A DNA stretch of 60,540 bases from a virus (taxonomy: Duplodnaviria; Caudoviricetes), in the IMG/VR virus record IMGVR_UViG_3300035701_000034, positions 1-60,540 of that record; one strand, written 5' to 3'. Within the stretch, counting starts at the first letter, position 1; each line of letters begins with the position of its first letter. Position numbers and translations under genes: made by a program. A model generated the notes under the pieces. That model searched no databases and was not told the origin of the DNA. It was given only the letters and a program-made list of their open reading frames with translations. Positions 1 through 10,624 of the stretch are shown here, one piece after another.

Positions 1-242
1 ATAGGCAGAATAAGAAAGAACACAAAAAAAAAGAATAATGAATAGATTGAAATCTTTGAGTTTCAAAAAACAATACTATGCAACTCAAAATATGAAAGTC
101 CCAAAAAGTGTTGGAGAAACATTGGTTTTTTCATTAGAGAAACGATAAAAAAATTCAAAAAATTATTCAGAAAGAAAAGTCATGATATTAGTGAGTTTGA
201 CAGAGAAATTTTAGAATTAAAACAAGTTAAAATAGTATAACT

Positions 243-635
243 ATGGCAGATTTTTTAAAGAATTTAAAAGAATCCTTAGAGAAAGGAGCACCAAATGAAG
301 AAATCATTAATATTCATTATGAAATTTTAAAAACTGCTGATGTACTTGATAAAGTAAAGAAGAGTGAAAAAATTGATGACACATTATATCTTAATGCTAT
401 CAAAGATTTTGTTCAACCAATTACTGGTGTTACTAAAGAGAATATTATTTTTTCATCAGAAAAAGCAGAAGAGACTATGAAGATTTTTGGTGAGGATTTG
501 AAAAAAAGGGAAGTTATTGAAATGAATACTTTGCAAATAAAACTTTTGATGGAGGATAGTGCAAAATTACAACAACAAATAACAAAAAATAGTGAACTAA
601 TAGAATATTTAAATTTTGAAATGAATAAAGTGTAA
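243..635 (+). CDS. hypothetical protein, helical/coiled-coil C-terminus
   Basis: 130-aa ORF, TAATG-coupled to the next gene. Confidence 0.6.
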   Translation: MADFLKNLKESLEKGAPNEEIINIHYEILKTADVLDKVKKSEKIDDTLYLNAIKDFVQPITGVTKENIIFSSEKAEETMKIFGEDLKKREVIEMNTLQIKLLMEDSAKLQQQITKNSELIEYLNFEMNKV

Positions 636-1546
636 TGAAGAAGATATACAAATATATAAAGGGGTTTTATTTATCTATAATGATTCGAATCGCTATTGCG
701 ATGAAGGGTGTTGAAGAAGAATTTAAAACACGTGTTGGTGATTTATTTACTGGAGGCAAAGAATATAAAAAACGTAATAACAATCCACTTCTAAAGAAAA
801 TGGAGCAAGGACAGGCTGATGAAAAGTATGTCCAACAGTATTATGAGATTCTAAAGAAAGCTGATGAAGTTGTAAGATCAACAAATCCTGATAAAGCAGC
901 AAAAATGGCTGATAAGTATGGTGTAAATATTGGTGCTAAGGATAAATGGGGTGTTAGATGGGATCATCATGGATTTCTTGATCCAAAACATAAACATTAT
1001 GGGAAAACGCTAAAGGAAATACGTGATCTCGAAATACAGGAAAGAAAACATGATGAGGATAATTATCCCATTGCAACGATGTTCAGCAATAAAGCAGAAC
1101 TATCATTTGTTCAAGCAACTAAAATGTTAAAGGATGAGAATGAAGAATTTTTTATACCTGAATTACACGAGATGGCTAAAATGAAAAAATTTCCATTAAT
1201 GATTGTTCGAAAAGTTGATGCTCTTAATAAAATTGAACAACTGGTCGAATTCGTACACATAAAATCAGTAACGTCTAAACATTATATTATAGAAATGTTT
1301 ATTTCAACAAAATTTGGACTTGATAAACATGATAACGGATCAGATGTTTTCAAAGAATTAATTAATATCGAGCAAATTTGGTTTGATGATGATTACGGTG
1401 ATAAACATGCTTATCGTGTAACATCTTTTTATAAGAGAGGAAAACATAATGAATATATCGATGAAAAGAAAGAAAAAAATTTCAAATATGATGTTTTGAA
1501 ATTTAAAGGAGAAATAATTGAAGAATATAAAGTAGGAGGAAAATAA
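635..1546 (+). CDS. hypothetical phage protein
   Basis: 303-aa ORF, translationally coupled; no recognisable motif. Confidence 0.7.
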   Translation: MKKIYKYIKGFYLSIMIRIAIAMKGVEEEFKTRVGDLFTGGKEYKKRNNNPLLKKMEQGQADEKYVQQYYEILKKADEVVRSTNPDKAAKMADKYGVNIGAKDKWGVRWDHHGFLDPKHKHYGKTLKEIRDLEIQERKHDEDNYPIATMFSNKAELSFVQATKMLKDENEEFFIPELHEMAKMKKFPLMIVRKVDALNKIEQLVEFVHIKSVTSKHYIIEMFISTKFGLDKHDNGSDVFKELINIEQIWFDDDYGDKHAYRVTSFYKRGKHNEYIDEKKEKNFKYDVLKFKGEIIEEYKVGGK

Positions 1547-1547
1547 T

Positions 1548-1949
1548 ATGGAAAATAATAATGGAACGAATGCAACAACGAATGCATCACCAAACTATCA
1601 CGATGGGATGTTTAGTGTTAACGCAAGTAATGGATTAACGTTTATGACAGGAACCTCATCATCCTCATCCTCATCAATATCGTCTATGTGGCAATATAAT
1701 GAGAAGGAAATAATTGGATTTAAAGTGTGTGAAACAACTGTTGCTGTGTCATATCGACAAAGATCGAATAGTACATACACTGTAGCAATTTATCGTACTG
1801 ATGGTAATTACTCTGTTCCTGATAGAATATGGAAAGAAATATATGGTCTCAAAGATGGTAGAATGACATTACTGGAAGTGATACAAGGAAGACATGTGGC
1901 ATCGTATCAAGTACCAGAATCATTCGAATTTGATGATGAAGAAGGATAA
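1548..1949 (+). CDS. hypothetical protein
   Basis: 133-aa ORF with Ser-rich N-terminal region. Confidence 0.6.
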   Translation: MENNNGTNATTNASPNYHDGMFSVNASNGLTFMTGTSSSSSSSISSMWQYNEKEIIGFKVCETTVAVSYRQRSNSTYTVAIYRTDGNYSVPDRIWKEIYGLKDGRMTLLEVIQGRHVASYQVPESFEFDDEEG

Positions 1950-1984
1950 TAGTTTATAGTTTCTTGTTTTTTTTGTTTAATCCG

Positions 1985-2013
1985 AAAAATCCATCAGTAA
2001 TGGTGGATTTTTT
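1985..2013 (+). terminator. rho-independent terminator
   Basis: AAAATCCATCA-GTAA-TGGTGGATTTTTT hairpin plus T-run after the 1949 stop. Confidence 0.7.
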
Positions 2014-2022
2014 ATTTGAATT

Positions 2023-2030
2023 GTATTTAT
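2023..2030 (+). promoter_or_regulatory. GTATTTAT putative late promoter (baseplate operon)
   Basis: Motif recurs just upstream of 12 gene starts in the window. Confidence 0.6.
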
Positions 2031-2042
2031 TGAAAAGTTCCA

Positions 2043-2441
2043 ATGAAGTCAATAAACATTAGATTTCCCTTAGAGGATGACGTAGAAAAGAATAGTCTTT
2101 TTATGCTTAACTATGTAACAAAAAATGCATTAGTTTCAGATTTAAAGTTATTGTTGTTGACTAAAAAGGGTCAAAGATATTATATGCCTGATTATGGAAC
2201 TAATTTAGAAAAGTTTATTTTTCAGCCAGAAGATGAAATTACGGAAGATGAAATTATAACTGATTTAAGAGATTCTGTAAGAGAATATATGCCAGAAATT
2301 GCAATAACGAGTGTTAATTTCTACACAAAACAAGATGCTGGTTACGAAGATATGGAGGATAATGAGATTAGGGTTTCAATAAAATTCACATATTCTGATG
2401 ATGTGTTCTCTGATAATGGAACGGTAGATATTACATTTTAA
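2043..2441 (+). CDS. baseplate wedge subunit, gp25/GPW-like
   Basis: LLLTKKGQRYYMPDYGTNL...FQP pattern typical of gp25; upstream of a gp6-like gene. Confidence 0.85.
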   Translation: MKSINIRFPLEDDVEKNSLFMLNYVTKNALVSDLKLLLLTKKGQRYYMPDYGTNLEKFIFQPEDEITEDEIITDLRDSVREYMPEIAITSVNFYTKQDAGYEDMEDNEIRVSIKFTYSDDVFSDNGTVDITF

Positions 2442-2453
2442 ACTTTAAACAAT

Positions 2454-4313
2454 ATGGCAACAGACAATCCAATATCATATAACAAGAGAACATTTAGCGA
2501 ACTTAGAGATGAGTTAATAACGTTAATAAAAAGTACATATCCTGATACATTTCAAGACTTTACGGATTCAAGTGTTGGGTCATTACTCTTAGATTTGAAT
2601 GCTGGTATAGGTAATAACCTTTCAATTAATACAGATAGAGCCTTTCAAGAAACACAATTAGAGTTTGCACAACAAAATGATTCAATATTAAATATTGCTA
2701 AAAATTTAGGATTTAATATCCCGGGAAAACGTTCATCTGTTACTGTTGTTGATTTTACAGTACAAGTACCAGCAAATGGGGATAGACCTAACGAACAATA
2801 TCTCCCAATATTATCATCTGGTGCTCAAGTCGTTGGTGGTGGGAAAGTATTTGAAACATCAAGTGTAATAGATTGGAATAACAATTTTAGTAATCTTGGT
2901 GATCCAAATAAAACAGAACTTCCTTTATATGATAGTAATGGAGTTATTCAAGGGTATACAATAACTAAAAGAGAGGTTGTAATAAATGGGGCAACAAGTA
3001 TTTTTAAAAAAATTATTAAGGATACTGAAAGTCAGCCTTTTTATCAATTAACACTTCCAGATAATAATGTTATTGAAATTGTTAGTGTCATTGCTTTGGC
3101 AGGAACTAATTTTTCTGGTAATCCACCAGAAAGTGAATTTTTGAATTCTGATAACATATATTATGAAGTGGATTATCTATCACAGCAAAGAGTATTTGTT
3201 GATGATCCTAATTCAGGATCAAACACATCTACTACAGGTAATACATCTATGAAAGCTGGTAAGTGGATTAGTGTAAAAAAGAAATTTATAAAAGAATTTA
3301 CAAGTAAAGGGTTGTGTGTACTCACCTTTGGTGGTGGTAATGGTGATCTAGATTTTTTTCTAGACGGTTTTGCTAAAGCAGGTGTTACTAATCAGATGTT
3401 TCTTAATAATTATTTACTCAACACATCGTTGGGTGAACAATTAAAAAAGGACTTTACGTTATTTGTGAAATATAGAACTGGTGGTGGAACGAGTTCAAAT
3501 ATAGGTGCAAATGTATTAACAGCATTAGGTAATGTGGATATGAAAGTTAATGGCCCACGTGCTGATTTTAATAATGTTGTGTCAAGAAGCTTAAAAGTAA
3601 ATAATCCAATAGCTGCAATTGGTGGAAATGATGGATTATCGATTAACCAAATACGTAATTTAATAAAATATAACTTTAGCTCTCAAGAAAGAGATGTGAC
3701 TATAAATGATTATTTATTTCAAGTTTTTAAAATGCCGGGTAAATATGGTTCTCCATTTAGAGCGAATGCATTCAAAGAAAATAATAAGATCGTAATATCA
3801 ATTGTTGGGTTGGGTAGTGATGGTAAATTAAATAATACTAGTAATAGTTTATTAAAGGAAAATATTGGAGAGTATGTTAGTAACTATCGAATGGTTAACG
3901 ATTATGTTGAAATAAGAGATGGGAAGATATTTAATCTAGCGTTTGATTTAGATTTATTCGTGAGTGAATCAGTTAATCAAGGAGAATTAGCAAATAATGT
4001 TATTAACACAGTTGCTACTTATTTTGATGTAAATAGTGAACAAATGAATGAAGATATATTTCTAGGTGATCTTCAAAATAGTATTAATAACATTAATGGT
4101 GTTATAAATATTTTAGGACTTAAAGCATATAACAAAGTTGGAAACGGATATTCATTGAATCAAATAGAGCAGCCATACGTTAATGAAACGACAAGAGAGA
4201 TTCAATTGATAAATAACACAGTATATAGTACAGAGGATTCGTTATTTGAAATAAAATTTCCTGATCGTGATATTAAATTATTACTTAGAAAAAAAACTGA
4301 TCTGTTTGTGTAA
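2454..4313 (+). CDS. baseplate wedge subunit, gp6/baseplate-J-like
   Basis: N-terminal F..LRDELI..YPD.FQDF.DSSVG.LLDL, AQQ..SILNIAKNLGF, YRTGGG..SN, GG.D..S..QIR, RDVT.NDY. Confidence 0.85.
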   Translation: MATDNPISYNKRTFSELRDELITLIKSTYPDTFQDFTDSSVGSLLLDLNAGIGNNLSINTDRAFQETQLEFAQQNDSILNIAKNLGFNIPGKRSSVTVVDFTVQVPANGDRPNEQYLPILSSGAQVVGGGKVFETSSVIDWNNNFSNLGDPNKTELPLYDSNGVIQGYTITKREVVINGATSIFKKIIKDTESQPFYQLTLPDNNVIEIVSVIALAGTNFSGNPPESEFLNSDNIYYEVDYLSQQRVFVDDPNSGSNTSTTGNTSMKAGKWISVKKKFIKEFTSKGLCVLTFGGGNGDLDFFLDGFAKAGVTNQMFLNNYLLNTSLGEQLKKDFTLFVKYRTGGGTSSNIGANVLTALGNVDMKVNGPRADFNNVVSRSLKVNNPIAAIGGNDGLSINQIRNLIKYNFSSQERDVTINDYLFQVFKMPGKYGSPFRANAFKENNKIVISIVGLGSDGKLNNTSNSLLKENIGEYVSNYRMVNDYVEIRDGKIFNLAFDLDLFVSESVNQGELANNVINTVATYFDVNSEQMNEDIFLGDLQNSINNINGVINILGLKAYNKVGNGYSLNQIEQPYVNETTREIQLINNTVYSTEDSLFEIKFPDRDIKLLLRKKTDLFV

Positions 4314-5692
4314 TGATAAAAAGATCAATTCCATATGTAAGTGGTGATACAAGCAATTTAACTATTTTGCTTAATGCACAATCTAAAGATTTGGGTTTTT
4401 ATGATACAGACACCACAAGTAGTGTTGAATATATATCTACAACATCATTAAGAAATGCGTCCATAGATAATTATAGTGGAAATGCTCGATTTCTTTGTAA
4501 TGGTCACGGATTAAACGTAAATGATTTAATATATATTAATTCAAATGCAACTGTACAACAAAAAAACGCATCGATAGATAATTATAATGGAAATGCTCGT
4601 TTTAATTATACGACACATGGATTGATTGTGAATGATTTAATAAATATTGTTTCTAATACTCCACAGTATAATGGTGAGTTTTATGTAAATTTTGGAAATG
4701 TAGATCAACTTTTAATACGAAGAACACCAACAGGTGCATATACCCAGTATATCGGTGATGCATCTATCACATGGAATAAGGTTTATTCTACCTATTATCC
4801 TTATGATGGTTTATTTTATGTAAATTTTGGGAATGCAGATCAACTTTTAATTAGAAGAACATCAACAGGAGCATATACCCAGTATATCGGTGATGCATCA
4901 ATTACTTGGAGTAAAGTGGTATTGAGTAATGGTACGAATAGCGGATCATTAGCAGGATATACATTTAATTATGCTGTAACAGGAATTTCATCAAATAGAC
5001 TTGAAGAATTGCGTAAATATAGTACAAGTTCTATATATTCTGATAAATATTTTATAGGTGGATCACCAACTGTAGATGGTTTAGACTTGACGTATAGTGG
5101 AACACAAACTAATAGTGGTTCTACAATTGTTCTACAATATTACATTGGTGGAATTAAATATTTAAATGTTACACCAGTAAATTATACAACTACTTTACCA
5201 TTAAAGGAAGCTTGGATAGATAATTATAATGGAAATGCTCGTTTTAATTATGCTGCACATGGATTAGCAGTAAATAATTTAATATACATTGTTTCTAGTC
5301 ATGTTGAATATAATGGTTTGTTTTACGTAAATTTTGGAAATGCGGATCAACTTTTAATACGAAGAACAGTGAGTGGTGCATATACACAATACGTAGGTAA
5401 TTCGACAATTAATTGGAGTAATGTTATATTGAAAACGGCAACGGCAACAACTACAACATTTTCATTTAACAGTGTTGGTTTATCATCCCTCAATTTCGAT
5501 AATTTACCAATTCTTAAATTAGAAGAAAAGCAAAATATGTGTGAAAATCCATTTATTAAGTCTGATGTATTTATACTGAGACAAGAAATACCAGTATTTG
5601 AAAAGTCCATAAGATTAAGAGGGGTGGGTAATTTAAGCGAAGTGGTCAATTATGCTGGTGGTAATTATTTTAAGATATTTAACAATACATAA
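4313..5692 (+). CDS. baseplate-associated virion protein with three inserted ~73-aa beta-rich repeat domains
   Basis: Lies in the baseplate operon; IDNY.GNARF...HGL.VN.LI and FYVNFGN.DQLLIRRT..GAYTQY.G each occur 3 times. Confidence 0.65.
   Translation: MIKRSIPYVSGDTSNLTILLNAQSKDLGFYDTDTTSSVEYISTTSLRNASIDNYSGNARFLCNGHGLNVNDLIYINSNATVQQKNASIDNYNGNARFNYTTHGLIVNDLINIVSNTPQYNGEFYVNFGNVDQLLIRRTPTGAYTQYIGDASITWNKVYSTYYPYDGLFYVNFGNADQLLIRRTSTGAYTQYIGDASITWSKVVLSNGTNSGSLAGYTFNYAVTGISSNRLEELRKYSTSSIYSDKYFIGGSPTVDGLDLTYSGTQTNSGSTIVLQYYIGGIKYLNVTPVNYTTTLPLKEAWIDNYNGNARFNYAAHGLAVNNLIYIVSSHVEYNGLFYVNFGNADQLLIRRTVSGAYTQYVGNSTINWSNVILKTATATTTTFSFNSVGLSSLNFDNLPILKLEEKQNMCENPFIKSDVFILRQEIPVFEKSIRLRGVGNLSEVVNYAGGNYFKIFNNT
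4454..5425 (+). repeat. three intragenic ~220-bp repeats, the second nested inside the first
   Basis: Copy A split into 4454-~4552 and 4802-4918; copy B 4565-4783; copy C ~5207-5425; near-identical DNA such as gcatatacccagtatatcggtgatgcatc. Confidence 0.85.
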
Positions 5693-5817
5693 TGTCAAAT
5701 CGAATAACATTTGATAATAATAAAATTATAAGAGATTATAATTTAGGATATAGTTGCAGAAAAATTGCAAAAATGAACAAATGTTCAAAAAATTAGATTA
5801 TCATAAACAATATAATT

Positions 5818-6756
5818 GTGGCTATTGGAGTATATGGAAATATTAGACCTGCAGATGTAAATATCACAGATTTGGATGTGTACTATACATTTACACCTAG
5901 TAGAAGTGTTGTGTCAAACGCATTTTTTAGACTTACTTCTACTGATGTATTAACAGAAATTAAGATACCTCAAGCGGAGCAAAATAGTGGAGAAGAAAAT
6001 CTTCTTGAAGGAATTTACAATTTGAAATTACCTGCAACAGTATTTAATCAAGTTGGAATATACACCATATTTATTCGTTCAAAAGTTATTAGAGTGAAAT
6101 TAGATGGAACATCTCCACTCACTATTACAGATTGTGGAGTATTATCATCACTTCCATCAATAAAAGGAATTGTTTTGAATTCAAACGATCTTCCCGTTAA
6201 TTTAAGATCGAATAATGCCTTGCAGGGTTATAAGATTGAATATGTTAATACAGATGGAACTAAATTAAGAAATGTTGTTAGATATGTTACAACATCAAAT
6301 AAGGCTATTCCTGTTACTGAAAATATTGGTAATACTAGTCAAACTGCAATAAGATATAGATTTGACGATAGTGGTAATTTATTATTTCTACAGGTTACAC
6401 CTAGTAGTGCTTCAAATGTAAAACCAAATGTAAATCCTTTTATAGGAAAACCGGGACAACATATTTTACTTTCAAACACGAACATTAAACCAGAAGTAAT
6501 AGAAATAGAAATGGTGGAAAATACTATAGATACTGTCGTCAACTTAGTTGGTGGTGAACAGATTAAAGATGTTGATAACGGTATTTTGACTAATTATGAT
6601 AAAAACAGAAATATCATAAAACAATTTGATTTATTTGAATTAAAAGACGATTTCACAAATACTTCCTTATTTGAAGTTAAACAAAAGAGAACTACTATTG
6701 ATAATAGTCAGACTTTTGATAATGTCCTTAAAGATGTAGCAGGAAATAACGCATAA
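5818..6756 (+). CDS. virion structural protein (baseplate region), GTG start
   Basis: 312-aa beta-rich ORF within the structural cluster. Confidence 0.6.
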   Translation: MAIGVYGNIRPADVNITDLDVYYTFTPSRSVVSNAFFRLTSTDVLTEIKIPQAEQNSGEENLLEGIYNLKLPATVFNQVGIYTIFIRSKVIRVKLDGTSPLTITDCGVLSSLPSIKGIVLNSNDLPVNLRSNNALQGYKIEYVNTDGTKLRNVVRYVTTSNKAIPVTENIGNTSQTAIRYRFDDSGNLLFLQVTPSSASNVKPNVNPFIGKPGQHILLSNTNIKPEVIEIEMVENTIDTVVNLVGGEQIKDVDNGILTNYDKNRNIIKQFDLFELKDDFTNTSLFEVKQKRTTIDNSQTFDNVLKDVAGNNA

Positions 6757-6783
6757 AACAACCCTCTTGTTTTAATTTAATGC

Positions 6784-6791
6784 GTATTTAT
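6784..6791 (+). promoter_or_regulatory. GTATTTAT putative late promoter
   Basis: 17 nt before the TTG start at 6809. Confidence 0.55.
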
Positions 6792-6808
6792 AATTAAATT
6801 CTACTACA

Positions 6809-9800
6809 TTGGCTAAAGTTAAAACAATAAATAGACGACAAGGTTCTGATCTTATAGGTGCAAATTTTAGAAATGCTGCTTCTGAGACCATATTTACATT
6901 CGGAAGATTTACAGTAGATACAAATTTCAGTTCAAGAAAAGTTCGTAATTATTCAAATGAATTAAGTTCATTTGTAACCCCCATTACTCTTCAAACACTT
7001 AACATAAGTAAAGAAGATTCTGATCAAATTTTTAATTTCAATCAAAATGTTGTACTTAATATAAACAAATCAGATTTAACGTCTTATGCTAGATTTGGTT
7101 CGATGAGCGAAATTCTGCGTGTATCAATTGAGAATATTATAATACAATTCCCTTCGAGTATATATGTAACATATCAAATTTCATCATTTTCAAATTTGAT
7201 GAGTGTTACAAATTATTTTTATGATATAACTAAAGATAGTTCCGTATTAACAATACCATATCCTGCATTAGTTAATAAATTTGGTATTGTGTTAAATCAA
7301 TTCAATAATCAATTACCTCAAAATGATCCTTTAAGAAATTTAAATATTGCATTTCCAGAGTACGTTCTTTGGAGAGAGGAAAATTCAACTGGTCATACAT
7401 TTGAAATTCTTGGATATACAGGATATACTGCAACGTACCAATATATAAACCTATCAATAAAAGGTAATCCATTCCCTGAATTATCAGGATCAACACAAGG
7501 AAAATTTAATTATCATATTAAACCAAAACCTATTCATTACAATAGATTTAAAAAGAATTTATCAACTTTGGAGTCTTATATAATTAATGATAAAATAGCT
7601 AAAGGGTATAAGACAGAATTTCAAACACCAACAGAACTTGAAGATGGTAGTGTTTCATATAATAATCAAATAATTATTTGGCCGTCTGCTGATGGATATA
7701 ATATAGATATTAGTGGCTACGATTATGATGTATTCCTAAATCTACTTGGTGGCATAGGGCAATTATATGATCAGTTCAAATCTGATCTAATCGCAAGATT
7801 ATTGGTTCCAGAATCTCTTCTAAAAAATGATTTAACGGAAGATTCTAAACTTCAAAAATTATTAAGATTGTATGGAACTACCTTTGATAATATAAAAGTT
7901 TTCATTGATGCGTTAGTTACCATTAATAAACTTTCTTATAATAAAAATAAAAACATACCAGATATATTAGTAAAAAATTTAGCAAAGACCTTGGGTTGGG
8001 AAGGGGTAACATTAGTTCAAGAAGATGATTTGTTAGAAAGTTTTTTTTCTACAGAAGATAAAAAATCGACTGACCTTCTACCACCAGAAGTTGATGTTGA
8101 ATTGTGGAGAAGAATATTGATTAATACCAATCATCTTTTTAAATCGAAGGGTACTAGAGAAGCAATGAAAAGTATACTATTGATGGTTGGTATACCAGAA
8201 CCTTTTATTGATATAACAGAATATGTTTATACTGTTAAAGGTAAAATTGATCCTAATACGGTAACTATAAGCCTTGCTGATTTACCTTGTGCTTCTTTAC
8301 CATATAATTCTTCTGGATACCCAATAGCCCCTAAAGAAAATAAATTCTATTATTTTCAAGTTAGTGGAAATACTGATTCAGGGCAAGCATATCTTGACGT
8401 ATTCAGAACTGTGGGATTTAATTTAAATCGTGTTATAGATAATAAGAAATCTTGGGTATATGGTGGTTCGGTAGCAAGAATAGATGCAACTACACCAACT
8501 TATTTACAGGAAGATAGTGCATTAATTATAAACACCAAAGAAGTTGATGTATCGTTAGATATTGCAAGAGGAATTGAATATGATATGTATTCATATAATG
8601 TTAAACATAACTTCCCATTATCTAGTACTGGGGTTACGAAACCATTTTTGTATATCAACATTCCATTTACATATGGATCGTCTGCCTCTATATTTACAGT
8701 GCCAGAAGTACCACAAGGTGATATTCAAGTTAGTTTTAATGGAGTCACATTAGTTAAAGGTTTTACCTCTGGTGATGTTAATGCTGACTATCATATCAAT
8801 ACATTAAACACAAAAGAAGTGATACTCAACAGTAGTACAGCACAAAGCTATACTAATGGATTTAAAGACATTATAACACTTACGTATGCGAAGGATCAAC
8901 AAAGTGGTGGAACATATAGTCAAATACAATATATAGTTACGAAAGTAACAACAAATCCTGATGGAATTGTAATACCAATAATTGATACGACATTGGGTGA
9001 AATTCAATTGGTTGTAAATGGAGTTACAATGACAAAAAGTAATTCATTATTTACGGGTGATTATATTATTAATCCAGCAAATCCACATGAAATACTGGTT
9101 GTAAACAATGATTTAAAAAATTACTTAATTGCGCATCCTGTAGTTGTAATTAGTTATATAAAATCAAACGTTTTTGAACCTGTTTTAAAAAAATCAGAAG
9201 TCCATAGAATTGATAGTTTTTCGGGAACTAAATTTTTCTATAATTCAGGTATTGGAAAATATGTATATGTATTGGACTATGAACCACCAAGTGTGGTGGC
9301 TGTTAAAATTATAGTGAATGGTATTACACTACAAAATGGAAGTGATTTTATTCTTAATTCATCTAATAAAAGACAAGTATTATTTAATACGACAGCTTTA
9401 AATTTAGGATATATCATCAATGCTTTTTATGTAACTGATGATGGGTCAATATCTAATCCCATTAATTTTGGAAATTTTATTCTTCCGAACATATCTCAAA
9501 TTAGTTTTTTACAATACCTAGATATTATTAACAATAGATTGATTAATGTGAAGAACAGAAAAACATTGTCTGATCATAATGGGGGTCTTTACCCTACAGT
9601 TGAGAGATTATATGATGAATACTTAAAAAGAGGATATGCTGTTAATCCTTTATTAGTGAGCAATGCATATACTTTTGGAAATGTATATCCATTCATGAAA
9701 AAATTCAATTCTTTTTTTCATAAATTCATTGAAGAATTATTGGGTAGTACAATAATATTAAAAAAGGGTGGCATCTTAATTAGAAATACTGCTTTTACTA

Positions 9801-10597
9801 AACAAAAATTTACATATAGAAGAGGTGTCAATTTCGATCCATCATTAAAATATTATGGTAATGATGGTTCTGAATTTAAAAAAAGAGTTCCAACTGCAAC
9901 AATAGATTTTTTGTGGAGTGGTTTAACTTGTGTCGTTGTTGGGACACCATCTACAACTACTGCACCCGCAACTACTGCACCTGCAACTACTGCACCTGCA
10001 ACTACTGCACCTGCAACTACTGCACCTGTAACTACTGCACCACCACCACGAATTACATATTACGGATATTTCTTAAATGGGTTACCTAATACATGGAGTT
10101 TTGATTTTAATGATGGTGGTGGATCACATATTACACAAAGTTTAACACTTGCACCTGATTCATTTACAGGTAATGCAATACTTCATGGTAGTAGTTTTAC
10201 AGGAACTATCACAAAATTGACTAATGGTGGGTTGGTTGAATATGGACTTACTACTACATTTTATAAAAACGGTATTTTCTTTCATCAGACCAATAGAAGT
10301 GCAGGTGCTTCGGCTACTGATACTGCTACTTTTACTACTTTAGTTAATGGTGATGTTATTAGTATTGAAGTTTATGAAAATTTACCACCACCACCAGCAC
10401 CAAATTGTTTAACATATCATGCAGTTAATAATAGTGATATTATTGCTTTTGTATTTGAATATCAAGATTGCTTAGGATTTACTCAAACTAGCAATATTCC
10501 TGCTGGAGGTAATAGTGTTTTTTGTGCTTATGAAGGTTCATTTGTTGCTGGAACTGGAACTGGATCAATAAATGTAATACCCAATGTTTTTTGTTAA
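6809..10597 (+). CDS. large baseplate/tail protein with TTAPA linker and C-terminal beta plus Cys-rich modules
   Basis: LWRRILINTNHLFKSKGTREA (phage wedge/tail KGT motif); three V.VNG.TL....DY repeats; (TTAPA)n; C..Y...DC.G...FCA module. Confidence 0.7.
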   Translation: MAKVKTINRRQGSDLIGANFRNAASETIFTFGRFTVDTNFSSRKVRNYSNELSSFVTPITLQTLNISKEDSDQIFNFNQNVVLNINKSDLTSYARFGSMSEILRVSIENIIIQFPSSIYVTYQISSFSNLMSVTNYFYDITKDSSVLTIPYPALVNKFGIVLNQFNNQLPQNDPLRNLNIAFPEYVLWREENSTGHTFEILGYTGYTATYQYINLSIKGNPFPELSGSTQGKFNYHIKPKPIHYNRFKKNLSTLESYIINDKIAKGYKTEFQTPTELEDGSVSYNNQIIIWPSADGYNIDISGYDYDVFLNLLGGIGQLYDQFKSDLIARLLVPESLLKNDLTEDSKLQKLLRLYGTTFDNIKVFIDALVTINKLSYNKNKNIPDILVKNLAKTLGWEGVTLVQEDDLLESFFSTEDKKSTDLLPPEVDVELWRRILINTNHLFKSKGTREAMKSILLMVGIPEPFIDITEYVYTVKGKIDPNTVTISLADLPCASLPYNSSGYPIAPKENKFYYFQVSGNTDSGQAYLDVFRTVGFNLNRVIDNKKSWVYGGSVARIDATTPTYLQEDSALIINTKEVDVSLDIARGIEYDMYSYNVKHNFPLSSTGVTKPFLYINIPFTYGSSASIFTVPEVPQGDIQVSFNGVTLVKGFTSGDVNADYHINTLNTKEVILNSSTAQSYTNGFKDIITLTYAKDQQSGGTYSQIQYIVTKVTTNPDGIVIPIIDTTLGEIQLVVNGVTMTKSNSLFTGDYIINPANPHEILVVNNDLKNYLIAHPVVVISYIKSNVFEPVLKKSEVHRIDSFSGTKFFYNSGIGKYVYVLDYEPPSVVAVKIIVNGITLQNGSDFILNSSNKRQVLFNTTALNLGYIINAFYVTDDGSISNPINFGNFILPNISQISFLQYLDIINNRLINVKNRKTLSDHNGGLYPTVERLYDEYLKRGYAVNPLLVSNAYTFGNVYPFMKKFNSFFHKFIEELLGSTIILKKGGILIRNTAFTKQKFTYRRGVNFDPSLKYYGNDGSEFKKRVPTATIDFLWSGLTCVVVGTPSTTTAPATTAPATTAPATTAPATTAPVTTAPPPRITYYGYFLNGLPNTWSFDFNDGGGSHITQSLTLAPDSFTGNAILHGSSFTGTITKLTNGGLVEYGLTTTFYKNGIFFHQTNRSAGASATDTATFTTLVNGDVISIEVYENLPPPPAPNCLTYHAVNNSDIIAFVFEYQDCLGFTQTSNIPAGGNSVFCAYEGSFVAGTGTGSINVIPNVFC
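9956..10045 (+). repeat. 15-bp tandem repeat x6 (ACTACTGCACCTGCA) encoding TTAPA
   Basis: Directly visible in the DNA. Confidence 0.95.
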
Positions 10598-10624
10598 TTA
10601 TATTATATGAATTATTAAAATAAA

